Shown here: one piece after another, positions 37,745 through 49,775 of the stretch | Layout of the letters: every line of letters begins with the position of its first letter | How positions within the stretch are numbered: the first letter of the stretch is position 1 | DNA from: Lepidodermella squamata | Lineage: Eukaryota > Animalia > Gastrotricha | DNA: 64,000 nucleotides | Assembly (NCBI GenBank): GCA_047495785.1 | Contig: JBLDXI010000024.1 | Coordinates: forward strand, 2,356,001 to 2,420,000 | Direction of reading: 5' to 3' | Notes under the pieces: model-generated | Database searches by the model: none | Seen by the model: the letters and a program-made list of their open reading frames with translations, nothing else | What the model was told of the DNA's origin: nothing | Translations under genes and position numbers: made by a program

Positions 37745-40364
37745 ATGCTAAATTTGCAATTATTGGCAACATTTATTGTGAATATTCAAATTATCCGCGC
37801 ACTACAGCATGTCCCAAATATCAGACCTATCGAGTTGGGACAGGTTTTGCGAAATAACGATTACGTATCAATCGAAGGAAAATCGCATTTCGTACTCGGC
37901 AAAGGCATTCGATTACGCGCTCATTACATATCGGTGAAAATCACTGATCGCGCCAATAATTTGACCTCAATTCGATACACGGCTAATAAGCACCTGCCGT
38001 TCACAGCTAAAGGCTGTCTACCTGTCTTGGTTGTAGTCAGAAACCCGCCAGTTATCGAGGATCAATCGCTGTTCCAACTCGAGGAAAACGAAGATTGGCG
38101 CATGGTTATTTTCGCGAATTCAGTTCGATCGATCAGTTCTGAAATCGAAATCGATAAACGATTGATTTTCGGCTCATTCATCGGCCGAGATATGGCTATA
38201 TGGGTTGAAGAGATGCTGCTAGCGAATGGCAATATGGTGATCACGAATCTAGCTCAGGATAGGAATTTACTAGCCCTACCTGTTCCGACGCTTCTATCCG
38301 GTTATTTGTTAGCTTTCGACATTTTGGCGCGGCCTAGAACGAATTTTCCGATTTTAGCGAATTTAATCCTTACCGAGAGTGGGTTCTGCTCACCCGAAGA
38401 TGTCGAGGTGCTGAGTCATGAGTTTTCCGGGTCGAATCTGCCGTTGTACCCGGGCATAACCCCGCCTAGAATTTTGACGCAAACGAGGCAGATCGGATTC
38501 CCGGAACACTACGCCACCCATATCGATGCGCCTAATCACCTAGCCCATGGCGGCTTGACCACAGAGACTCTACCTAAAGACCGGACAATCCTACCCTGCA
38601 TCAAGGTCGATCGGCTGTATAATGATAGTGATATTGGCCCGGAAGATCCGCAGCTTATTGGCGTTGAAGATTTCGAGTTTTGGGAGGAAACGAATGGCAT
38701 GAAAATTCCTGAGCGAGCGTTTGTTTTTGTGGATACTGATAACGCGCGGCTGTGGAACACGCCGGATGATTATATGGCACGTGACCCGATCACGTGGCGC
38801 TTGCAGCTGAAAGGAATCAGTGGTGAAGCTACGCACTGGTTGATAAAGGTTTATTAGGCTATCGTATTTCAGATTATTTACAGGCGAATTTATTTTTATA
38901 TAAATTCTATGATCCTACGTTTAGCCGAACCGAAATTGCTTTTTGCGGCAATTTTGAAAAATTAATTCGCCCGAAAATGAATTTTCTGAATTTTCAGGAG
39001 TTTCGTAATCAATTTAAAAAAATCGACATTAATTGCCATAAAATGCAGGCAGTTCAAGGCCTGATCATCACTTTGGGATCATGGTGCAATCATAATTTAA
39101 CAGGATTTTTCGAGAAATGGCGTTTTTTATAGCTTGCGTTTGGTGCCAAGTTTTGCAATTCGTTCCGCTAAAATAAATTTTGGCAGAAAAAAATAAATTT
39201 TGCAAAAGTAATAATATTCGTATTTTTCCGATGTGCCAACATTAGAAATAAATTAAATTAAAAATCACCATGACATGCTAAATTCACTACCCTAAAATTT
39301 ACGGTTCCAGCAGAGCAATCATACCTGAATGATAGATCTCACGGCTATGCGTTCATTGCGAGCATTGAGCGATAAAAGCTGGCAGAATTTCTTTTACCGG
39401 AACCAAATATGCTGTAGAACTAAATTTGAACACTCTGTATTAGCGAGAATTTTGCGCTAAATTTACTGGTGATTTTTCTACAATTATTGTGGCCAATCTT
39501 GACCCGCAAGAAATATCCGAAAAGCGATTTCAATCCACTAGAAAATTCCACAATTTGGTTCCGATACAGCAAATTCGGTTCCGCTAAAAGGACCCAAAAG
39601 CTAATTCAGTCTAATTCAGCTAAATTCAGAATCGATATCGATCTACGGTATCGATTTTACAAATTAACGATGTAAACAGTTAAGGAGGGCATAAATGATG
39701 GTTTATTTATATACCTGAGGGTTCCAACTTCCAGGTAGCTTAAATAAAGAACCTGAGCGCTATTGCGTCATTATCTATCAAGAAATATAAGGAGAATTTG
39801 CAAAAAATCGAAGAAATTCAGTTTACAGTGCTGACAACTTTAGCCGTGTAATCGCAATTTTACAATGAGGTGCAAGTAGTTGGACCCTATTCCAATTCAT
39901 AACTTTGACTCTAATTCAATTCAAAATTATAATTGAAAATTCTTCAAAAATTTGAAATTTATTCAGTAATTTTAATATCTATTATTATTTATTTTCAATT
40001 CTTCGAATTTTAGAACCGGAAGATCAGCGGCCTCGGTATAGATTCGATGAGTACAGATGGTACGAGGGGTGCGAAATCAATGCCAACACACGTCGCCCTG
40101 GCGCAGGCGAAGCTCGTCGGCCTCGAAAACGCCGCCAACCTCAACCGACTGCCCAATACGATGACTCACCCCCACCTGCTGCCTGTATCCTGGTGTTTAT
40201 TCGTTCATTTTCGCGCCGAAGACGGCACCGCGTCGCCTGTCGCTGTTTTCGCGCACACGCGCATCAACCACGCGGCAAATAGCGCGGCGCCTCATTGCGC
40301 GCAAACAGCCTCCTTAATTGCACTAACCATTTTAGTAATTCTCGCACCGTCAGAATTTTTGTAA
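37745..40364 (+). CDS. Cyclase-family (kynurenine formamidase KynB/isatin hydrolase-like) metal-dependent hydrolase, secreted and probably GPI-anchored; 2 exons (37745-38848, 40014-40364)
   Basis: EHYATHIDAPNH (HxxTHxDxPxH), GLGIDSMSTD, HVAL..GLEN..NL, DGTASPVAVFA; N-terminal signal-like segment and C-terminal hydrophobic tail. Confidence 0.82.
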
Positions 40365-40477
40365 TTATTTATTTTTGTTATACGTGCCTTCAGATCTTTT
40401 CAATCAACCTCAAATCCCTGTGCATACAAAATAAAGGAGAGTTATCGAATTTTTATTGAATTTTTTCTTGGAATTAA

Positions 40478-41964
40478 CTAGGTCAAGTATTTAGTTTCTT
40501 CCATTTTAACGCCAATTTTAAGTGAGACGAAGCTCATTTGCTCTGATAAATAGTCTTCAAACGTGCAGGTTCCAATCAGCCTTCGAGTTGGTTTCAATGA
40601 AAATCTAGCCGCAGATTCGCCCATACTATCCGAAGCCACAACTAGCATGTCCATTCTCGTCATAACGTACCAATCTACAAAATCTCGGTCGATAGACGAA
40701 AGCCCAGGATAAGCGTCGTAGTTGATAGCAATCAGCGATAATTTATGCCGATTTTTGCCGTCTTTCGTTCGAAGATCGAGTCGAACAGCGGCTTCAAATT
40801 CAGCCGACGAGACGGCCTCGCTTCGAATTATGATGATAAAATTTGAAATTTCAGCCAGATCGAATGCAATTTGACGTAGTCGCGATCGCACTTCATTCGC
40901 GTAGCAATCAAGGTGAACTAAAATTTAAAAAAAAGTCCTCCTTAATATTTTAGATTTTTTTTCGAAATTTGTTACCTCTATTTCTGATTTCAACTCCTAA
41001 TTTTATCGCATTTTTCCATTCATCGTCATCCATTTTTTTTGAGACCACCTTGCTGGATATTTCCGTCAATTTTTCACTCGGTTGGCTGAAAATAGACTGC
41101 AAAGCCGCAGAAATTATCGGTGAATAATCGCCCGTATTGCACAACTTGCTCCAAGTTTTGTTTGAAAACTGAATTTTCAAAAATTGCATCAAGCCCAGCA
41201 AATCGATCCGACATGACGAGTAAATTCGGCGTTGGCGAGGCGGTCGAAAAAAAATCCGGCGATGCCAGCTCGTCGTAATAAATTTGATCGCCCAGATCGT
41301 GGCGATGCAGTAACCACAGCGCCTTCGTCGATTTTTTCGCCAATTTCTGCGTGAAATTGAACAAATCCGGTATATCAGCGTCGATTGAAAATCGCCGGCC
41401 TGTAGCGATGGCGAGGTAGAACGCGACGACGATGCCTCGGAATCTTTCGTTAAGGCCCGGGCAAGAATGTTCGACAACCTGGCAGGAATAGCGACGACCC
41501 TCCCCGGGGTCGACCGGTTCAGGCTGGCGACGAATCGCGGCGAAATATTGATCGAAGCAGTCGGACTTTTCATGGTCAAATCGGCACGTCGCTGTTACGT
41601 AGCGCCGAGCTTTCGGCGGCTTATCGAGGTAGTTCTGCCTGATGGCCGTTGCTATTTCCAACGCTTTTTTCTGCTTTAATTCGTAGGCTTGTGCGAGTTG
41701 GCTAGCAATAAAAGCATCACTACGCAGCTTTTCTAGGTCATGATTTTGCTCTGGCGTAATCAGGTCACGACGCTTTGTGACCGGTGATTCATCATCAACA
41801 GTGCTGTTATCTGTTAATAGGTCAGCCGCATTTTCTGAGCCTGATGATGCAAATTTCAGGATTAGCAGAGATGCGATAATTATGAAAATTAGACAGAAAA
41901 CGGCCTTTAAATGCGCGGCTACAAGTTCAACAAATTTTCGCCATTTTTCTAGAAAAACGTTCAT
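40478..41964 (-). CDS. Second fucosyltransferase-like type II protein, divergent; frameshift or small intron near 41100-41146
   Basis: CPGLNERFRGIVVAFYLAIATGRRF, FSQPS, GVEIR and VDWYVMTRMDMLV align with the 33196 gene. Confidence 0.65.
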
Positions 41965-42147
41965 TTTCACTAATAAAACTAAGACTTTGACTGGCATGGA
42001 ATCTACTACGCCCATTCGACGCTGTGTCTATCCCTTTCATTCTCACATCTTTTGACAGGCTGCCCCATTCATCGATCCAGGGTATGACTTCTCTCGTGAA
42101 AAGCAGAATATTCGGACATATTCATCGTTCATTCAACTATTTTCCTT

Positions 42148-44146
42148 TCATAGATACGGTAAATAAACCAGAAAAAAATAATTTATTGTTAAAAATACTG
42201 AACGGTGAAATTCATTTTTTCAGGTAAATGTCTCGCAGTTTCCTCCCGGTTTTGATTCCTTAGCCATAATTCAAGGGATCTTAAACCACGACAATCGTCG
42301 AAATCATCGGGCAATTCGATATCAGCCTCCATCGCTTTGCCTACATCGGAAAAATAAATTAAAAAAATTGATAGACCTATTTTTCAACTACCTATTAGGG
42401 TCGAAATTCCAGTCAATCGAACTAGGTAAGCGTCATGGTCGTTCATTCCGAGACCAATGATGAGGCTGTTGGAGCTATCGATTATGAGACCAGTGGAAAA
42501 TGGCAGTGGAAATCGGAATAAACGGCTGTAAAATCCGTAGATTTTTCGGTGCTTCGTCATTATTGATTTATCGATAAAAATCGGCGAGGAAATTAGGACG
42601 ATTCTTTGCAGCCTCACATTTATTAAAACCAGCTGAATGGCGTAATCTAAAAAATTTGAATAAAATTAAAAAAAATTAAAAACGTAGGGGGACAAATAAG
42701 ACGAGGACAAATACGACGGGACAAATAAGAAGAGGACGATTAAGATAATTTATTATTAATTTTATAACAGGACAATTAAGACAAATAAGACGAATAAAAA
42801 ATAACAGTATTATTGGGCTTTTTGGTTGGGATTTTGGATTTTGGTTAGGGTTAGGGTTAGGGTTTATGGATAGGATCAGGATTAGTCTTATTTGTCCCGT
42901 CTTATTTGTCCTTGTCTTAATTGTCCTCGTCTTGATTGTCCCGTTATAAAATTAATAATAAATCATCTTAATCGTCCCCGTCTTATCTGTCCCGTCTTTA
43001 TTGTTAATTGTCCATATCTTAATTGTCCTGTCTTATTTGTACCCTTTCCATTAAAAAAATTTCAGACTTACTTCGAAGGTGATTTATCATCTCTTGACTG
43101 TGGGTTATTGTCAGGTAATAATCGCCAGAATATTGTAGGACAGGTGATCCGCCTCGAATTAAATGATCTTCTCGCGTTGAATTTTTCCTCTTGAATGTTT
43201 TCACCCGATTTTCGCAAACTTTCGCCGGCTTCACGAATTTGCATAATTTATATTTCGAGCCGAAATTCGGCTTTGAATGATCACGGCATTTATACATGAC
43301 GATTTGCGGTGAAAAACGGGTTATTAAATGCAAATTTCCATCGATAACCAGCGGTACAAAATTCTTCTGACAGGTCGAGTTCGAAAATTCGGGCGAAAAT
43401 TCTAAATTGAACAGCTCACGGTCTTCAATAGACCACAAATAGTGACGTCTAAAAAAATCGAATAATTTTCATAAAAATGAAATTAATTCCTCTTACCCTT
43501 CTAAAAATTTATGGGTCACGTAATTTGTGAAGTAGAGCGTGAATAATTTCCCGCCGATTTCGAACAGTCGAGGGTCTTGAAGGCCGTTATCTCGAGCTCC
43601 AGCATCAGGCCAACTCGCGATAGGGATGCTCAAAATTTCACCAGATTTTTCAATAACTCGATAATTCGTTCGATCAAGCTCGAGATAATAGATGTAATCA
43701 CTCGGGAAGTATCTCTTCATCGGCGGTTTTTTCCTAGGCAGGACATTGCCATATTGCATCCAGATTCGAACAATACAAGCTAATCGATTTCGATCGCTAG
43801 GTTTCACAACGCAAGATGGGTGGATAGGGCGAGGTTGGAAATGCCGAGTGTCGATATCGGCGACCACATCGGGGAACATTGCCCGAAAATGGCGTAAAAC
43901 TCCGGTTTCAAAGTCGTGCAAAACTGCGGTTTTGACCAGGCTGGAATACTGGAGAATCATGCTTAGATTTCTGGGGTTTGTCGAAGCTGCGGATAGGTTG
44001 AAGTCGAAGTGATGAGATTCGAAGTTACTAGCCATTTCGGAGGTGATTCCATCTTCTTGTTGGTTAAGAAGTTGAAGTAAATTTAGTGAAATTGCTGTTA
44101 TTAATAAAACAGTGCCACACCATCTCAAAGTCGCAACTTTTCGCAT
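42148..44146 (-). CDS. GT91 (BMT)/GH130-like beta-propeller glycosyltransferase candidate, paralog A, 4 exons
   Basis: TM anchor, HPSC, GLQDPRLF, QKNFVPL, LIRGGSP, ISSPIF, G.G.ND. Stop position approximate. Confidence 0.7.
42683..43049. mobile_element. Intronic foldback MITE with ~15-bp subrepeats (GGACAAATAAGACG) and a central (TTAGGG)3
   Basis: Inverted arms about 42686-42795 and 42885-43045; ATTAAAAA on both flanks; TTAGGG x3 at 42845-42862. Confidence 0.8.
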
Positions 44147-44184
44147 TGGAAAAATTCTAAAAAATTGCGAAAAAGATTCGAATT

Positions 44185-45752
44185 TTAATTAATAATCTCA
44201 GGTTTTGCGAAATATTTTTCAGCAATCAATCTGTATTGTTCATCAAGCCACAATTTTAGGTTGCCAATTTCGGATTTCGAATTTTTCCTATCAGCTGCAA
44301 TGGCGGATTTGAGCATGTCTCTGAATCCTTCCAGCCGGACAAGAACGGCAGCTCGATCGTTGATACCAGTGCCGTAGACCAGGCTGTTGTCGCTTTCTAA
44401 GATTAAACCAACTGCGAATAGATACGGGTTTTCGACGCTGTACAGCCGATAAGGATGACCATTATCGTGATGCGTGAATTGAGGATTAGGAATCGATCTC
44501 ATAATTTTCGGGTCAGTGATAATAGGAGAGGAGACGAAAACAACGCGAAGATTCCGAAAATTTACCAAAGTTAATTGAATAGCATAATTATGACCTGAAA
44601 ATTGAAAAATTATTAATATAATTTTTTATAAAATTTCAATTTCTGAAATCGATTTTCAAAATTTCAAAATTTTAATTTCAAAATTATAACCTCTCGCGCT
44701 ACTATTCGACGCGTGTCTTGAGTGGGTTATTGCCAGAAAATAATCCCCATCGTATTGAACAGCCGGGCTTCCGCCTCTGAGAATCAAAGCTTCCTTTTTC
44801 GATTCAGATTTTCCTCTCCCCGATGTCGATTCGACCAATCGACAGCGCTTAAAAAGCGCCCACCTCAATGCGCCATTCTTCGCTTCGTCTTGACATTTCA
44901 GCAATCGAAAATTTGGCGAAAATTCGTAGATGAAATGAAGCTCATTGTCTATGGCAAGAGGTACCCAGTTTCGCTCGCGATTTCCAAGCTTCACGCCATC
45001 AATTTCTAGATTATACAGATAATTTTCATCTACGGAGTATAAAAATTGGCGCCTACAGCAGAAAAATTCCTATAAAATTGATTTAAAAGTTAAGGAATTT
45101 TTACTCACCCCATGTCTCTTTTCCCTTTTTTCCAGTGATTGTAAAACGTGAAATAGACTTTGCCGTCCAATTCGAATAATCGAGCGTCCTCAACACTTCG
45201 GCCCAGAGTTCCACCAAGACCAGGGTATGCCATAGTCGGAATTTCGACCAATCGCCCAGTACCAGGAATGATTTGGTAATTACGGTCCAATTCCATTAGA
45301 TAGATAAAGCTATCTTGGTACAAACCCCGGTTAGGCTGGTTCTGCTTGTACAGCTGACTATTTTGCATCCAAATTCTAACGGTACAAATGAATCTATTCC
45401 GATTCCCAGGATAACGAGGGGCACATGATGGATGGAAGGCGAGGGGTTGAAAATAATCCTTTTCGAGCAGTGAATTTTTCGGAAACATTTTCCAAAAATG
45501 ATTAATGACTCGATGCGTGAAATCGGCCAAAACTCGGGTCGAAACGTTGGCAGAAATTTCGCGGGTTAGAGTCCCATTTGAATCCGGAATCAAGCCATTA
45601 ATGGTGAAGTGAAAATTCGGATGTTCAACGGCACCTTGAAATTGCGGATTTACCAATCGATTCGCCAATTTTCGAGCGGCCAGAAAAATCAAGCAAAAAA
45701 TAATTAAATAATTAAAAATAACATTCCAACGTATTTGAAGAGATTTTCTCAT
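44185..45752 (-). CDS. GT91/GH130-like glycosyltransferase candidate, paralog B, 3 exons
   Basis: SVEDARLF, ERNWVPL, ILRGGSP, VSSPII, GTGIND. Confidence 0.7.
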
Positions 45753-45783
45753 TTTTCTAAATTGAAAATAAATGAAAAAATAA

Positions 45784-47565
45784 TTATAAATTTATTGTTT
45801 TTCGATGTTTTCTTTCCGCAGCCCTAGCTGCAAAAATTCGATTCATAGCCGACATTTCTTGGCATTGTTCAGGGAAGTGAAATTCCAGTTCGCGTTTATT
45901 GAATAACCGAATTTGTTTTTCAAATTGTAGGTGAAGCTTTCGAGGTTCAATATCTGGCGAAGTTTCGTCAGCTTTTATCGCCAAATCTGACAAATTTACA
46001 CAAAAATCGATTTTATTCAATTAATCAAAGATTTTACCCATCATTTTCGAGAATCCTTCCAGGCGAATCAGATAAGCATCATGATCATTCAGACCAACGC
46101 TGACAACCATGCTGTCGCGGTGTTCCAGGTACATGCCGATCGAAAATATCAGCGGGGTGAAGAAATACTTGGCATAGTGACCGTTTATATACCGCTTTTT
46201 AACCATTGTTTCCTTATCGAAAATAATTGGCGACGAAGCGAAAACAAGTCGCTGCTTTCGCACGTTGAACAGGACGATTTGAATGGCATAAACTGGAAAA
46301 ATTAAAATTAAAATTAAAAAAAATAGAAAATTAAAATTTCGAATTTCGAAAATAAAAAGGGATCCTTTTAGGTCCAGTTGGAGTAATATTCCAAAAAATC
46401 GAAAAAATCGGACAGGTAATGCTGAAATTCATTAATTTAAGGCTGGAACTTCAGAATTAAAAATGTGTAGACCCGGAAAATACTTACTCGCTACCTGTTC
46501 AGGTGTTTCCTTTGAGTGTGTAACAGTGACGTAGTAGTCGCCGGAATATTGCACACTCGGCGAGCCGCCTCTAATAAAAAGCTTCGATTTTATCGGCGCA
46601 ATTCTAAAATTCTGCCCAGTTTCTCGCTTTACGAATTCGCATCGCTTGAAAAAGGCCTTCGATTGCTGATATTGATGATCGTCGCATTTGAACATCTTGA
46701 AATCAGGCGAAAATTGGTACACGAAATGAAGATCGTTGTCGATGATGAGCGGTGAGAAATTCTTCTGATACATCGACTCGGTCAAATTTCCAGGCAACTC
46801 GAAATTAAACAATTTATTGTCCTCAATCGACCATAAATATTGACGTCTAAAAATTTTTGGAAAAATATAAAAAAATCAACCTTAAAAATATTTATCTTAC
46901 CCATTTTTCATCTCTTTCCCCTTGAAATTATTCAAAAAATTGAGGTAAAGCTTGTTATCAAAATTGAAAATCCTAGCGTCTTGAGGACCAGTTTTCGCAT
47001 TCGCATCAGGATAAATCGGGACAGGCATTGGTAAAAAGCGTCCCGAATTCGGGACATAGGTGAAATTTTCGAAAAGTTGCAACAAATAAATCGAATTTAA
47101 CGGATACATTGGCCGCTGTTTCTCGTCAGATTTGAGGCCCAAATTGAAATACTGCATCCAAAATCGGATCGAACAAACAATTCGGCGATCACCATTATTG
47201 GAGTGAGGTACACAGCTAGGATGCATTGGCCGGGGCTGGTAGAATTTCGAATCGTCGACTACAACACTTGGAAACATTTTCGCAGCTTCGTCGAGAACAA
47301 AGTGCTCGAAATCAACCAGGATCGAAGTTCGGACATTCGCACTGATATTTGCGAGCAAATCGTCCGATTGCTGTAAAATCAGCCCATGAAGCGTGAAATT
47401 CATCGGCTTAAAACCAGAAGCTTGATGAGAATTCAAAGTCGCAGCATTTTTCATGCATTTTCTAAGGAATTTTCCGCCATTTCCAAGGTAGAAAATTGTC
47501 AGGAATAGCGATAGGATAAGCGCATGAAAAGCAACAGTTGACGGTTTAGGAATAAGGAGTCTCAT
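45784..47565 (-). CDS. GT91/GH130-like glycosyltransferase candidate, paralog C, 4 exons
   Basis: GPQDARIF, QKNFSPL, FIRGGSP, ASSPII, VGLNDHD. Confidence 0.7.
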
Positions 47566-47633
47566 TATCTTAAAACCTAAAATTAAACAAAAATTAGTAA
47601 AATTTCCAACAAATTGATAATTTATAGAAAATA

Positions 47634-49271
47634 TCAGCAAACAGTTGTTGCAGCATCGGGAAAAAATCGGTCGAATTCTACATCATTTCGATATCGTAGC
47701 CATTTTTCCATTTTAAGGTGGAGATCGCGAGATTTGACCTCGTTTCCGACATTTTGATCGGCAGCAATCGCCATTTCTAGAAATTATGTTAATTTAATTT
47801 ACAAATTTTCGGAAATTAGATTACCCATCGTGCTGCGAATGCCTTCGAGTCGAACTAACACAGCATCATGGTCGTTAAGACCAACTCCAATGACCAAGCT
47901 ATTGCCATTTTCGACGTAAAGCCCCGTCGAAAATATCATCGGGCAGTAGAAAAATTTCGAGTATTCGCCGCGAATCACCCTCGGCTTCGTCATAACTGAT
48001 TTATCGAAAAATATCGGCGATGAAATGAAAACCAACCGCTGGTCTCGAATGTTGGCGAGAACAAGTTGAATCGCAATTCCTAAATAGGATTCATGAATTT
48101 TCTAATTGAATTAATAATTAACAGTTACTTCTTTTCCCATTTTTGCCATGTTTGAATTCTTTGGTATGAGTAACCGCGACGTAGTAGTCACCCGAATATT
48201 GAATAGCCGGCGAACCGCCTCGAATCAGCAGTTTTTCATTCCTTGGAGCTTCTCGAATTTTCGCCGACGCCTTAGTGACAAAACCGCAGGATTTGTACTG
48301 GCCTCTGGAGTTTGATTTAACAATATCTCGGCATTTGAGTAGTTTAAAATCGGGTGAAAATTGGAAGATGTAGTGAAGTCCGTTTTTAAAGGTAAGAGGA
48401 GCAAAATTTTTCTGGTATTTCGATTCGGTCAAATTGTTGCCGATTTCCAAGCCGTAAACAGATTTTTCGTCAAAGGACCAAATGAACTGCCGACTAAACC
48501 GGAAAAATAACAATTAAGTAGGATAATTTTGAAAATTTTTGAAATTTTCTAAAAAATTTAATTTTCTCACCCGGCTCCAGCATAATTTCCAATATAGTTG
48601 TTCAGGTAATTCATGTAAAGCCTTCCTTGAAATTCGAAGATTCTCGCATCTTGAAGTCCGTTTCTCGCATCGGGCGACGGCCAACTCGGTATAGGAATCG
48701 GCACAAGCATCGCAGAATTGGCCACATAATTAAAATCAGCATCGAGCTCGAGCATCATAGCCGAATTTAGCGGATAATAAGGCCGCATAGGGCGTTTTTC
48801 CGGCATGAAATTCTGGTATTGCATCCAAATGCGAAGAATGCAGACGACTCGATTCGCATTTTGACCTGGTTTCGGGACACAGGACGGGTGCATAGCTCGT
48901 GGGTGGAAGAAGGACGTGTCATCGCTGATCAGGCCGGGGAACATTTTTTCGAAATTTTCCAAAGCCATCGGGGTGAGATCGGCGAGGACAACGCTTTTAA
49001 CCGATGAATTAACCTCGCGAATTCCTTCATCCGAGTCGATAATAGCCCCGTAAAGGGTGTATTCGAAGCCAGTCCGATTTCGAGCGGCCCCAAGTCTCGT
49101 TTTATAGCTAATTTTCGATGACGAAAAGACGTTCTCGGATGGTACGCCATGCCAAAAGAAGAAATTGACGATGCAGAGAGCAATTGAAAGGGCTAAGGCT
49201 AGTTGGCATCGAAAAATGTAACGGTACAACTGAATTAAAACCGCTGTCATTTTGTAGCGCAGGAATCGCAT
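47634..49271 (-). CDS. GT91/GH130-like glycosyltransferase candidate, paralog D, 4 exons
   Basis: GLQDARIF, QKNFAPL, LIRGGSP, ISSPIF, VGLNDHD. Last exon EMAIAAD...ATTVC* ends at 47634. Confidence 0.7.
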
Positions 49272-49775
49272 GAGTTTTCCAGCGTTTTACCGAAATAATT
49301 TGTTATTCGAGCTGTATTAGTTTGAAAAACTAAAAATTCACACGTGTGCTTGCGATTATTTTTTTTCATCGTAAAATCGCTTGATGAATTGAACTTTTTT
49401 CCTCATTGATGATTCTAGTTGTTCCTCTCCGGCAATAGGAAATTTCAACAACAAAAATGAATGATCCAGAAATTGGACAGGACACTTCAGCTTCGCAGGT
49501 GAATAGCTTTGCTGAGCGATAAAAACACAGGAATCGTTGTATAAAATTCCTCGTTATTAGTGATTAGTATTAGGTGATTGCAGCAATACTTGATTTTTTT
49601 AAATAATATTACAAGCAGAGCAACCTTAAATTCGATTTAGAATTTGTTCATGGCATTTGCCAACCTTCAAGTTCAGGTGAAAATCGGCTGTTTTTGGACT
49701 AAAATTAAAAACGGCAGCGCAAAAATGTTTGTTCTCATTTTCTTCGGAAAACAGGTAATGCTCCGGCAGTTCATA

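Noticed and set aside
42845-42862. Telomere or chromosome fusion scar
   Set aside because: Only three TTAGGG units, lying in the centre of a MITE.
42892-43194. Cys/Pro-repeat ORF (LICP/LNCP)
   Set aside because: It is the translation of the MITE's 15-bp subrepeats, antisense to a real gene.
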